Below, in pieces: positions 1 to 8,461 of a stretch of DNA of 32,000 nucleotides. The notes under the pieces are model-generated. The model made no database searches and was not told where the DNA came from. It saw only the letters and a program-made list of their open reading frames with translations. Positions within the stretch are counted from its first letter, which is position 1. Each line of letters opens with the position of its first letter. The stretch comes from Pyrodictium delaneyi (GTDB lineage Archaea > Thermoproteota > Thermoprotei_A > Sulfolobales > Pyrodictiaceae). The DNA is taken from the NCBI RefSeq assembly GCF_001412615.1, contig NZ_CP013011.1, positions 240,001-272,000 of the forward strand, in the 5' to 3' direction. The position numbers were made by a program, and so were the translations under genes.

Positions 1-778
1 TAGCGGCTTCCGCGAGCGCGTAGTCACGTGCCCGCATAACCTCCTCGGGAGAGAGTGTACCTGCAGCAACAAGAGCTACCATGACGTATATAGCTGTCAC
101 GACCAGTACAGCGGCGAAGAACGCTCTAGGCAGGACACGTGGATCCTCGACATCAGCGGCAGCGTTAGCTATGAGTTCGAACCCCTCGTACGCTAAGAAT
201 ATTATCATACCGCCTGCTACTATGTTGACTAAGCTGGGCCACTGGGAGGGGCTAAACCTACCCCATTCTACAAACCCGAGTCCAGCGCCGGCAACTACGA
301 CTAGTATAGCAAGCTTGAAGAATACGAGAGCATCTTCAACTCTTCCAGTTACTACAGCGCCGAGCGCGTTCAGAAACGTGAATATAGCTATAGCGAGGGC
401 GATAAACACGTGCCTAAGGAGGACAGCTTCGCCAAACAGGCTTGCCGCGTAACTCCCAAAGGCGTACGCGTAGAGCGCAATCATCACTATGTAGCTCGTA
501 AGCAACATAATATTGAGCCCGCCGGCAAGAATGCCGCGGCCAAAAGCCCTCACAATATACTCTATCGTCCCGCCTTCGCTCGGATAGCGGATGGAAAGCT
601 TCGCGTAAGAATACGACGTAGCCAGAGCCACTAAGCCTGCGAGGAGAAACGCTACGGGTGCAGCAGTACCAGCAAGCTGGAGACTAAGCCCCAGAACGGC
701 GAAAATACCGCCACCTATCATTCCGCCAACTCCTATGCTGAATGCCTCTATGAAGCCTATCTTCCTCCTGTCTGGCAC
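1..778 (-). CDS. APC-superfamily amino acid/polyamine permease (N-terminal ~259 codons; 3' end lies beyond the window start)
   Basis: Absent from the ORF track because it runs off the edge. My minus-strand translation from GTG at 778 reads VPDRRKIGFIEAFSIGVGGMIGGGIFAVLGLSLQLAGTAAPVAFLLAGLVALATSYSYAKLS...GGMIIFLAYEGFELIANAAADVEDPR. The Gly-rich helix-1 motif and the FLAYEGFE block are typical of APC transporters. An in-frame TAG lies upstream and AGGAGG sits ~9 nt before the GTG. Confidence 0.75.
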   Translation of the reverse strand, partial: MPDRRKIGFIEAFSIGVGGMIGGGIFAVLGLSLQLAGTAAPVAFLLAGLVALATSYSYAKLSIRYPSEGGTIEYIVRAFGRGILAGGLNIMLLTSYIVMIALYAYAFGSYAASLFGEAVLLRHVFIALAIAIFTFLNALGAVVTGRVEDALVFFKLAILVVVAGAGLGFVEWGRFSPSQWPSLVNIVAGGMIIFLAYEGFELIANAAADVEDPRVLPRAFFAAVLVVTAIYVMVALVAAGTLSPEEVMRARDYALAEAA

Positions 779-907
779 GAATGGATGCCTCCTTTGTTGC
801 CTCTAATTTTGTACCTCAAAATTGTTTTCTTTCATTATTATTTAGCTGCTTATTGATTTTAGGCTAGAATTGAAAATTTCTATTCACGTGTTGTATAACA
901 CACTAAG

Positions 908-1996
908 TTATTCACCGATAATTCTATCTACTATAGCTTTCACACCAGTCCTTAAAGGATCCAATGCGGGCACCATATAAGTCTCACTATATTCTCTTTC
1001 GATTCTCTTAGCCTCGTTTATCGTATACATGCTAGTATTCAGCGTTATCCCCGCCAGCACCGCGTTAGGGTAGGGGTTCAGCGCTGTCAAGTAGGTTAGC
1101 TCTTCGCCGGGCTCTGGGTTACGTAGGGGCTTCCATGCGTGGCTGAATGCTGCCCGCCAGCGGCGGCCAGGCACATGCGCCACGACTATGTGTGTGGGAG
1201 AGGCGCCACGCAGTATGCCCAGAGACACGTGGCCGTAAGCTTCATGAGTTATCGCCGCCTGGCCCTCGACCACAGCCACCTCGCAGCCCTGCTCGTAGGC
1301 CTCGACTATCACCTGCTCGAGCGCTCCGGCTACGAAGTCGCTCGGCACAGCGTCCACGACTAAGCCACGTGCGCCGAGGAGCAACATCGTCTGCCCAGTG
1401 CCGATCATACAAGCTTTTACGCTGCGGCGCTCGAGTTCTTTGTAGATAGTATAGGTGGCGATATTCTTCCCCGCTTCACAGTCTGTCCCGGCTATAAGGA
1501 CGCGCTTCATCCTGGTGCCGAGTACACGTCCATCCCAGACGCGGAAGTAACGGGGATCAGGCTTACGTACATCGACTATCCTGGCACCACCCTTCTCGGC
1601 GGCAGCCCGTAGCTCGGGGTCATCGGATAGGAAGGTGTGGAGCCCGCTGTAGACGTCGAGACCCATCTCAAGCGCGTCGCGGATGTCCCGCTTCCACTCC
1701 TCTGGCAGCCGGCCACCTACCGGAGCAGCTCCAAGAATCAAGGCCTCAGCGCCTTTCTCGACCGCCTCCCTAAGCCCCTGCACTATGGGGATGCCCTTCC
1801 GGCCCAGGCCAATGAATTCGCCAGCATCACGACCGGCGTTAAACGGATCTATAACTGCGACGAGGTCCCATAGGAGCCCGCCGTCAAATATTACGAGATC
1901 GTGCCCTGTCTTACCTTCCTCCCGGCCATAGGCTCCAGGAGCATATATAGCTGCCCTTCTCCGGCCCTCATGGTACACCATAGGCACAGCTACCAC
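908..1996 (-). CDS. DUF1611-family protein (DgcN-like, P-loop-like C-terminal domain)
   Basis: 362-aa ORF. 'AAIYAPGAYGREEGKTGHDLV..VAVIDPFNAGRDAGEF' and 'LIAGTDCEAGKNIATYTIYKEL' match my recollection of DUF1611 proteins. The family call is from recall, not a search. Confidence 0.55.
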   Translation of the reverse strand: MVAVPMVYHEGRRRAAIYAPGAYGREEGKTGHDLVIFDGGLLWDLVAVIDPFNAGRDAGEFIGLGRKGIPIVQGLREAVEKGAEALILGAAPVGGRLPEEWKRDIRDALEMGLDVYSGLHTFLSDDPELRAAAEKGGARIVDVRKPDPRYFRVWDGRVLGTRMKRVLIAGTDCEAGKNIATYTIYKELERRSVKACMIGTGQTMLLLGARGLVVDAVPSDFVAGALEQVIVEAYEQGCEVAVVEGQAAITHEAYGHVSLGILRGASPTHIVVAHVPGRRWRAAFSHAWKPLRNPEPGEELTYLTALNPYPNAVLAGITLNTSMYTINEAKRIEREYSETYMVPALDPLRTGVKAIVDRIIGE

Positions 1997-2236
1997 ACCC
2001 TACATAGCCTGGCTATAGAAGACTAGCTCGGAGACCCCCTAAGCCTGAGTCTCCTTGACCACCGCCTGGAATATTTGAACTCAGCGACCCCGGTGCACGT
2101 GCACACTAGCAGGTAGGAGGAGGGCTAACCTACCAGTACGATACGAAGCATACAGTCAACTACACTCGAGACTTGACTGAATGGTTGCAGGAAATAACAA
2201 CTATGAGGCCGGACCGATGACAAGCCAATAGAGTAC

Positions 2237-2241
2237 AAAAA
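2237..2241 (-). terminator. Oligo-T terminator candidate after cytochrome gene 2274-3746
   Basis: Minus-strand TTTTT lies ~33 nt downstream of the TAA stop in an AT-rich tail. Confidence 0.3.
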
Positions 2242-2273
2242 CTATAGCGATTATTAAATTAATTATGGCTACA

Positions 2274-3746
2274 TTAACGGCGTCTTACACCAGCCATAGC
2301 TACTGCTGCTAGTCCTAATACGCTGCCAACAATTATCATCAACCTCCATGGCTCGATGCCGCTGGTATTCTCGGCTGCACTACCTCCGATACTAAGGAGT
2401 AGACGCGTAACATTATGCGGGTCCTTGAGATTCTCGAACACGCTATGGGGAATAGGTATTAGTCCAAGCTCTCTAGCCTTTTCATAAGCACCTAAGGCTG
2501 ATGGATTATCAACAACAAAGTGGCAGTTGAGGCACATCAGGTACCGTATGGCTGTATTGTTAACCATATAGCTTGCATCACCCATACGGTCAGCATAAAT
2601 CATGACAAGATAACTAGTGTACCCTGCAGCAGTATTGTTAACCTCATTGACCGGGACATAGTAGGTACTAGAGTTCCCTGCATCATAGAACCATGTAAGC
2701 CGGCCACTCAGCAGCAGTGTTTCAACGCCTGGCTTAGCATAAGCACCCCGAGGCGCATAGACAAACATCCAGGATGCAGTCCCATTCCAACGTGAAATAT
2801 GGACAACTGGGTGGCATCGACACCCTATAGAAGCATGTACGCTATTGTTCACATAATTCAATATGTCAGGCGTAGTAGTGCCGTGGCATGATAAAGTGCT
2901 ATCAACGCCGCTTGCTCCAGAACAAGTCTGCCAAGAGTATTTGGAGTCGCGGATAGCATGGGGTAGTGTGCCGCTAAAGGTCGGGTCGCTATGACAGTCA
3001 AGGCAGTTATCTGGATGAATGAGTGGATAATTCTGCTGGATATAAGGTGCGGATAGCCCATCATAGTGATTCATATGGCAATACATACATAGGAGATATT
3101 CTCTGCCTGTTGGAACACCTTCTACATTATCTATATCAAAAGGATCCACAAATGCTATAGTATAGACACCTCTTGCCGCTACAAAGCTAGATGAAAAATC
3201 GTAGTGCGTATCAAGGGTAATCGACTTTGACGAGTTCTGGTCGACCTCAATATCGAACTTTTCAAACGACACTGGATATAGTATATTCAGGGCTTCTTTG
3301 GCTCCATCGACACGCGTGCTAACTATGTTATGGCAGCCGCCACTACGCCAAGAATCGTAGGAGCAGCCAGCAAATCCTGTGTAACCCGTAACTGATGTAT
3401 AGTAGTAGCCTCCTCCCCATCCAGTATGGCCTACATGGAGTGTTGCGTGGCATGTACATCCTATGTCTCTATGTGCTGTGGCACGCAGCGCCTCTATGGG
3501 TCCACTATTTATTTGATAGTGGCACTCTATGCAGCGGAATTCAGTGAATACGAAGTCGCCAGTTTCGCGCGAGGTAGTCTTATATTCTAGTCCGCCATGG
3601 CAGATGTGGCAGCCATACGGCCCGTGGTCAGCAGTAGGTGTATAGGCATGTGCAGTATCGCTGATAATTTTAGCAGCCACCAACACGCTAAATGCTATAA
3701 GTATGAGCGCGAATAGTCTGTTGAAGCTTATCCTGCATCTAAACAT
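2274..3746 (-). CDS. Secreted, C-terminally anchored multihaem cytochrome c (5 CxxCH + 2 CxCH + 2 long-spacer CXnCH); internally duplicated
   Basis: N-terminal signal sequence LFALILIAFSVLVAAKI. CxxCH sites are CHICH, CIECH, CMYCH, CLDCH and CLNCH. CxCH sites are IGCTCHATLH and IGCRCHPVVH. At least 8 N-x-S/T sequons. C-terminal hydrophobic helix plus RRR tail. GGTGG lies 10 nt upstream of the ATG, inside the upstream gene (19-nt overlap). Confidence 0.85.
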   Translation of the reverse strand: MFRCRISFNRLFALILIAFSVLVAAKIISDTAHAYTPTADHGPYGCHICHGGLEYKTTSRETGDFVFTEFRCIECHYQINSGPIEALRATAHRDIGCTCHATLHVGHTGWGGGYYYTSVTGYTGFAGCSYDSWRSGGCHNIVSTRVDGAKEALNILYPVSFEKFDIEVDQNSSKSITLDTHYDFSSSFVAARGVYTIAFVDPFDIDNVEGVPTGREYLLCMYCHMNHYDGLSAPYIQQNYPLIHPDNCLDCHSDPTFSGTLPHAIRDSKYSWQTCSGASGVDSTLSCHGTTTPDILNYVNNSVHASIGCRCHPVVHISRWNGTASWMFVYAPRGAYAKPGVETLLLSGRLTWFYDAGNSSTYYVPVNEVNNTAAGYTSYLVMIYADRMGDASYMVNNTAIRYLMCLNCHFVVDNPSALGAYEKARELGLIPIPHSVFENLKDPHNVTRLLLSIGGSAAENTSGIEPWRLMIIVGSVLGLAAVAMAGVRRR

Positions 3747-5266
3747 GATACCACCTGGAAACTCGTCACGATTATTTCTAAAGCGTTGTCACCATCAACA
3801 TCAGCTATACTGAGTGAGGGCATGGTAGCCTTGGCGTCATAATCCGTAGAAGTAAAAGGCGCATATTGTGCTACTGTATATTTATCCATTACATCATATA
3901 TTGTTATACTCGAACCTGTCTCTACATCAATTACATAGAGGCGGTAGACGGTAGTTAAAGTATAGTACGGCGTTATCAACACTACTTCGTAAGACGTGTC
4001 GTTATTTATGTCGGCAACAGATATTGTTGCGGCGTGAGATGTAAGAACTAGTGATTGCGCTGGCCAATAAGTATCGTACTGGTACTGCCATGATATCGAG
4101 AGGGAGCCATTACTGTAATCAAGTCTGTAAAGGTACCCGTCTATAGATGCTATGAATATTTCGGCCATCCCGTCGTTGTCTACGTCAGCTGCTGCGATGG
4201 ATGGCTGAGCATGCCATGCAAATGAACCAATATCGATAAATGTGATGATACTACCCTGGCGGGGATCTACAACTATGATACTGCCATTATATCCTACTCT
4301 TGATATTGTTGTTGTATCAATAAGCTCTATGCCAGCACTCACTATAATTTCGCGATAATTATCGCCATTAATGTCTGCAGATACAGGTGAATGTGTTATG
4401 AATAGACCCTTAAAGCCATTTCTCCACAAGTCGATGCTCTTAATTAGCTGGCCAGTTGCACCATCTATTACAAATATATATCCCCATAGATTTGTTACAG
4501 CTATGTCAAGAGTACCGTCGTTGTTAATGTCGTCAAGAAGTACTGGCGAGGCAGCAGATTGAAGACCACGACCAAAGGGTGTTTTCCAGAGAACTTCTCC
4601 GCTGACTGAGTTAATCCTATATGTGGCATTAGCAGTAGATACAACTATATCGATAACTCCGTCTCTATCGATGTCGTACACTAGTGGTGAGGATGCAATA
4701 TTGATTCCCACACGTTGCTCCCACTCAATCGTACCGCTTGCGAGATCCACACATCTTAGATAACCATCGCGGCACCCAATAATGGCTTCCAGAACATTGT
4801 CTCCGTCAACGTCTGCTAACGCTGGTGTTGAGTATAACGAAGCATTAACCGTTATGATTAACTTATATATTGTTGTAAAGTTATTTGTGTCGAGACCAGG
4901 TACATCAGATCCATAAAGTACTATGACTCTGCCTCCCGCGTCTACTGCAACAACCTCGGTAAAGCCATCATTGTCGACATCTGCTATTAAGGGATTCATG
5001 TTGAACCCCATTTGGCCTTCACGTGCTGGCATTATAAAGCTCCATACACGGTAAATTGTGTTGGAAAAATTACCAACTATAACATTACGAGGTATGAAGC
5101 TTGTATGGTATGGATCGTAGCCTAACTGGGTCCACCAGCCTGGAACAGACAACTGAGCCATAGATTTGCTAGTTTGAATGAGAGCAACTATCAGGATAAT
5201 AACTAATAATGCGGCTACCGCTATGCTTACCCTTCGGACAGTAGGGGTTAACGGCTTAGAGGGCAT
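3728..5266 (-). CDS. Secreted/anchored FG-GAP (integrin-alpha-like, Ca-binding) beta-propeller protein
   Basis: Signal anchor VSIAVAALLVIILIVALI. Eight spaced D-x-[DN]-x-D-[GNT] loops: DVDNDG, DVDGDN, DIDRDG, DINNDG, DINGDN, DVDNDG, DINNDT, DVDGDN. Each is followed by a hydrophobic beta-strand, as in FG-GAP/VCBS repeats. Confidence 0.8.
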   Translation of the reverse strand: MPSKPLTPTVRRVSIAVAALLVIILIVALIQTSKSMAQLSVPGWWTQLGYDPYHTSFIPRNVIVGNFSNTIYRVWSFIMPAREGQMGFNMNPLIADVDNDGFTEVVAVDAGGRVIVLYGSDVPGLDTNNFTTIYKLIITVNASLYSTPALADVDGDNVLEAIIGCRDGYLRCVDLASGTIEWEQRVGINIASSPLVYDIDRDGVIDIVVSTANATYRINSVSGEVLWKTPFGRGLQSAASPVLLDDINNDGTLDIAVTNLWGYIFVIDGATGQLIKSIDLWRNGFKGLFITHSPVSADINGDNYREIIVSAGIELIDTTTISRVGYNGSIIVVDPRQGSIITFIDIGSFAWHAQPSIAAADVDNDGMAEIFIASIDGYLYRLDYSNGSLSISWQYQYDTYWPAQSLVLTSHAATISVADINNDTSYEVVLITPYYTLTTVYRLYVIDVETGSSITIYDVMDKYTVAQYAPFTSTDYDAKATMPSLSIADVDGDNALEIIVTSFQVVSCLDAG

Positions 5267-5298
5267 AAATGTGCACCCTTTTAACCGAGATATTGGTC

Positions 5299-5306
5299 TT
5301 TTAAAA
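5299..5306 (-). promoter_or_regulatory. Candidate TATA box for the FG-GAP / cytochrome unit (5266 -> 2274)
   Basis: Minus-strand TTTTAAAA lies 33 nt upstream of the ATG at 5266. GGGTG sits between the box and the start. Confidence 0.4.
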
Positions 5307-5442
5307 CGTCCCAGTAATGGAGGAGCAATGTACTTGAGTGTTTTATCTAGGTCGCCTATTGACTTCCCACCTTACACACATTTATACTGTTTATCTAAAT
5401 AGTATCAACCACATATTATTTTATTCATCTTGGTTGGTGTAG

Positions 5443-5456
5443 CTAAAAGAAAAGAT
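5443..5456 (-). terminator. T-rich terminator candidate after octahaem gene 5476-6291
   Basis: Minus strand reads ATCTTTTCTTTTAG, 20-33 nt after the stop codon. Confidence 0.35.
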
Positions 5457-5475
5457 GCTTAAATGGAGCAACTTA

Positions 5476-6291
5476 TTACTTCCTGTGACACTCGGTGCAT
5501 CTATCGTCGCTTATGTCGATTTCTGGCAAATCCTTGTGGCAGTCTAGACAGGTTTTGCCTTCGAGGGCACCAACATAGCATTGTGGATCTAGTGGTACAT
5601 TCCATGTTGCGGTCTCTCCGTGACATCTATAACATTCTACGCTAGGCCCTGCAACTTCTTTGATTATATCCAGTACCTCTGGAGGTAAATTACGTGTAAC
5701 ATTCTGCTCCTCTAGAATAGTTATAGCAAAGGCATAACGGTGATAGCCTTTGTGTTTTTCAAGCATTCTCTCCAAGTCGTGGCATTGTGTACAGTCGCTA
5801 TTATGGGGCTTTAGTAGATGGCTTGAGTGACAAAATGTGCAGCTGTCAGCTATCTCTGCAACCTCTAAATGTATATTGTGGAGTGGTAATTTCGCTAAAT
5901 CTTCACGTCGGTGACATTGCAGACATTCATCTTCAATATGCAGCCGTGCCTCGAGTCTGAGTTCCTCGGGATCCGGTGCCTGGCCTGTTATTGTTAGGTA
6001 TAACTCGCGTATTGTACCCTGAGCTGTTTCTAGATCAAAGACATGGCATACATGACAGTTGAACTGTCTATGGGGAGATTCTTGGAATTCTTCATAGAAG
6101 GGCTTCATAACGTGACAGGTAGCACAGAAAACATTAGCAGCTGGACTGTGTTCAAAGAATGCCCATGCTGCATAACCTACCAGGATAATTAACACTACTA
6201 GCGCAACATTCACAGGTGTAGCTTTCTCCTTTAGATATGTTGTGATCTTTGAAATTGTTGAAGATATTTTAGCTTTGAGCCCGGTCAACAA
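5476..6291 (-). CDS. Membrane-anchored octahaem cytochrome c, NapC/NirT/NrfH-type N-terminus (paralog 1)
   Basis: One N-terminal TM helix (VNVALVVLIILVGYAAWAFF), then FCATCHVMKPFYEEFQESPHRQFNCHVCHV, the NapC/NirT signature C-x-x-CH-x-M...Y-x-E...S-x-H...CxxCH. Eight CxxCH sites in 271 aa: CATCH, CHVCH, CLQCH, CTFCH, CTQCH, CYRCH, CLDCH, CTECH. TTG start; no in-frame ATG lies before the TM helix. Confidence 0.85.
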   Translation of the reverse strand: MLTGLKAKISSTISKITTYLKEKATPVNVALVVLIILVGYAAWAFFEHSPAANVFCATCHVMKPFYEEFQESPHRQFNCHVCHVFDLETAQGTIRELYLTITGQAPDPEELRLEARLHIEDECLQCHRREDLAKLPLHNIHLEVAEIADSCTFCHSSHLLKPHNSDCTQCHDLERMLEKHKGYHRYAFAITILEEQNVTRNLPPEVLDIIKEVAGPSVECYRCHGETATWNVPLDPQCYVGALEGKTCLDCHKDLPEIDISDDRCTECHRK

Positions 6292-6324
6292 TGTTATATC
6301 CCAGCAGCTCGGGAACCCTTCGGG

Positions 6325-6338
6325 ATTATTAAAATTAA
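6325..6338 (-). promoter_or_regulatory. Candidate TATA box for octahaem cytochrome gene 5476-6291
   Basis: Minus-strand TTAATTTTAATAAT ends 34 nt upstream of the TTG start at 6291. Confidence 0.4.
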
Positions 6339-6482
6339 CATAGGAATAGCGAGGTCTGCAGATACGGTAAAAAATATTAAAAACGAAAAAATAGATATAA
6401 ATGTTATAATAGTATCCGGAGATATATAATAGAAGAAACGCTCAGCTATTCGCCACGATAGAGTTTACCAGGCTTATTGCTC

Positions 6483-8444
6483 TCAGATAATGCTGCTTAG
6501 GAGGCTACGTATCCTGCCGCCGAGATCGCGCACAGACTGGAGACTAGAGACAGCAAGTGCTGCAGCAATGAACGCAATAACTATGGCTGTTTGCTCCCAC
6601 GTTGAAAGACTACCGAGAAAGCCAGTGGTCTTCCCAGTACCGGAGCCTATAGGGCGAGGTATACGTATCTCCATTGACTCTAGGCTCAGTTTAGGACAAT
6701 CGGTGTGAAGCGAGACACCTAGCACATGTATATTGCTGCCTGGTTGCAGCCATAGCTGAAGTTGTTCAGGTTTAACGTAGACTCCATAGTCTCCTTCTAC
6801 TAATGCTATACGTGCGACTGGCGCCTCAACGAAGTAGCTATTAGCCTTGTCTCCACGCCCTACAAGGATAAATACATCACCAGCACAACCGGTATAGTTT
6901 CCAGTATTTACGCCACGGAAGACTATGAGGAGGCCCCGGCTGGTATCAATATTGTCTTGGTTGTTTAGGAAACCGTAAGCTATCAGTCTTGGTACGTCCT
7001 CCATGGTGAGACTACGCTTGAGTCTATTTACCTCGGAAAGAATGTTGTATTCCTCCCAGCTGCTCAGCTCAGCTGTATGATCATAGAGAACTTCCTCAAG
7101 TTTCTCGAGCCTCTTGGTGTAGTATGGCTCGCCTGGCGAGACCATAGCCTCGATATGATAACTATCCACTATGTATTTGAGGCCGGTCAATACTGGCAAG
7201 GTTAAATTAAACTTAGCAATACTCCCATCATCAAAAATAACGGCTACAGGCAAGATGCTTTGCGTTGTATTAACAGGTAGAATCGCAGCTATCTCTAGCT
7301 CAGCCGGACTAGTCTTGGAAATATTCCAGAATAGAGCGCCCTCAACGATGCCTGCCACTGGCCTTGCTGGTATCATGTCTGTAAATCTGACTACCCAGAC
7401 AGCTCGATTACCGTCAACGAGTTTTACGGTAGCATTGCTAAAGACTGCTTTTCTTGGCGGTAGTGTTAGTGCTATACGACCACCCAGGAGGCCAACAATA
7501 TTAACGCTCTTCTTCTCTTCAGTAGTGTTTACTGAGATTATAAGCTTGGTTATTAATGCTGGCTTCTTGGGTACGAGATTATGTAGTGCTATAGGCTTCT
7601 CGCTGTAGATGTAAACTGTCTCATTAAACATAGTATTATTGGTAGCTATACCCTCAAGGGTAATGGAGATATTGAAGGGTATCTTTGACTCCGATGTAAG
7701 GGCGACGGGATTTACATATAACCGGTAGGCTTCGAAGAGGCTTGGCTCGCCAACAATGTATACCTCGGCGAAGCGATAGCCTTTCATATTATTCAGACTG
7801 CATTTGACTAGCTTAATGTCAGTTAGTTTGCAATCGATTTTAGGAACATAGGCTAGATAGTTGGGGGATACGGTGAGCGGGAGCCCGTTATCACGGAATG
7901 CCCTGGCAAGATCTACTGCCGCGACAAGCAATGTATTGTTGCCTTTTTCGGCAAGCACTACGAGCTCTAACGTATTCACATTGTATATGTGAGGACCCTC
8001 TCCCCGACTATGTGGTAACAGTCGAGATAGACTAACACCACCGATAGGTCTCAGATAATATACGCCGCGCGAAACCTCTCCATCATCACTAACAATACTG
8101 TAGAAGAGAATCACATGTACAGCATTTAGCTCCCCTAGGAAACTTTTCAGCCGATTAGTCCTCATAGTTACTATTAGGCGTATATCCTCTGCCAATGAGA
8201 TATTTTCGTTTTTATATAAACCCTTGAAGCTAGCAGCTACTGAGCCGATAAACTTGCCATCGACATAGAAGCCAACAATTAGCTTCGAACCTCCCTGCTT
8301 TGCTATAATGGTTTTAGCAAGTGGTACACCAGCACTAGCTTCCCTTGAGCTATTTGCGGCAGCTAGGTGGGTAGAAGCAGAGATGAGCACCGATAATAGG
8401 AGTAGACTAGCTATACTAGCTAACTGGAGTGTCCGCGGGCTCAT
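6483..8444 (-). CDS. Large secreted surface (S-layer-like) glycoprotein candidate with C-terminal membrane anchor; no recognisable domain
   Basis: The ORF track extends to 8522, but that overlaps the upstream gene by 61 nt. The ATG at 8444 gives a clean signal peptide, MSPRTLQLASIASLLLLSVLISASTHLAAA. Many N-x-S/T sequons and no CxxCH. The C-terminus is ...TGFLGSLSTWEQTAIVIAFIAAALAVSSL plus a basic tail. Confidence 0.6.
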   Translation of the reverse strand: MSPRTLQLASIASLLLLSVLISASTHLAAANSSREASAGVPLAKTIIAKQGGSKLIVGFYVDGKFIGSVAASFKGLYKNENISLAEDIRLIVTMRTNRLKSFLGELNAVHVILFYSIVSDDGEVSRGVYYLRPIGGVSLSRLLPHSRGEGPHIYNVNTLELVVLAEKGNNTLLVAAVDLARAFRDNGLPLTVSPNYLAYVPKIDCKLTDIKLVKCSLNNMKGYRFAEVYIVGEPSLFEAYRLYVNPVALTSESKIPFNISITLEGIATNNTMFNETVYIYSEKPIALHNLVPKKPALITKLIISVNTTEEKKSVNIVGLLGGRIALTLPPRKAVFSNATVKLVDGNRAVWVVRFTDMIPARPVAGIVEGALFWNISKTSPAELEIAAILPVNTTQSILPVAVIFDDGSIAKFNLTLPVLTGLKYIVDSYHIEAMVSPGEPYYTKRLEKLEEVLYDHTAELSSWEEYNILSEVNRLKRSLTMEDVPRLIAYGFLNNQDNIDTSRGLLIVFRGVNTGNYTGCAGDVFILVGRGDKANSYFVEAPVARIALVEGDYGVYVKPEQLQLWLQPGSNIHVLGVSLHTDCPKLSLESMEIRIPRPIGSGTGKTTGFLGSLSTWEQTAIVIAFIAAALAVSSLQSVRDLGGRIRSLLSSII

Positions 8445-8461
8445 AATGGCATCAATCCCCG

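Noticed and set aside
81-634. Plus-strand ORFs 81-452 and 410-634
   Set aside because: They lie antisense to a much better minus-strand APC-permease reading frame (1-778). Their products are low-complexity Ala/Thr/Ser/Arg-rich with no motifs.
1139-1931. Four plus-strand ORFs inside 908-1996
   Set aside because: These are Arg/Pro/Ser-rich shadow frames typical of the antisense strand of a GC-rich gene. The minus-strand DUF1611 frame is continuous and motif-bearing.
2277-2351. Calling the C-terminal anchors PGF-CTERM/archaeosortase signals
   Set aside because: No PGF tripeptide or consistent motif is shared by all three tails. I reported the observation only as a shared architecture.
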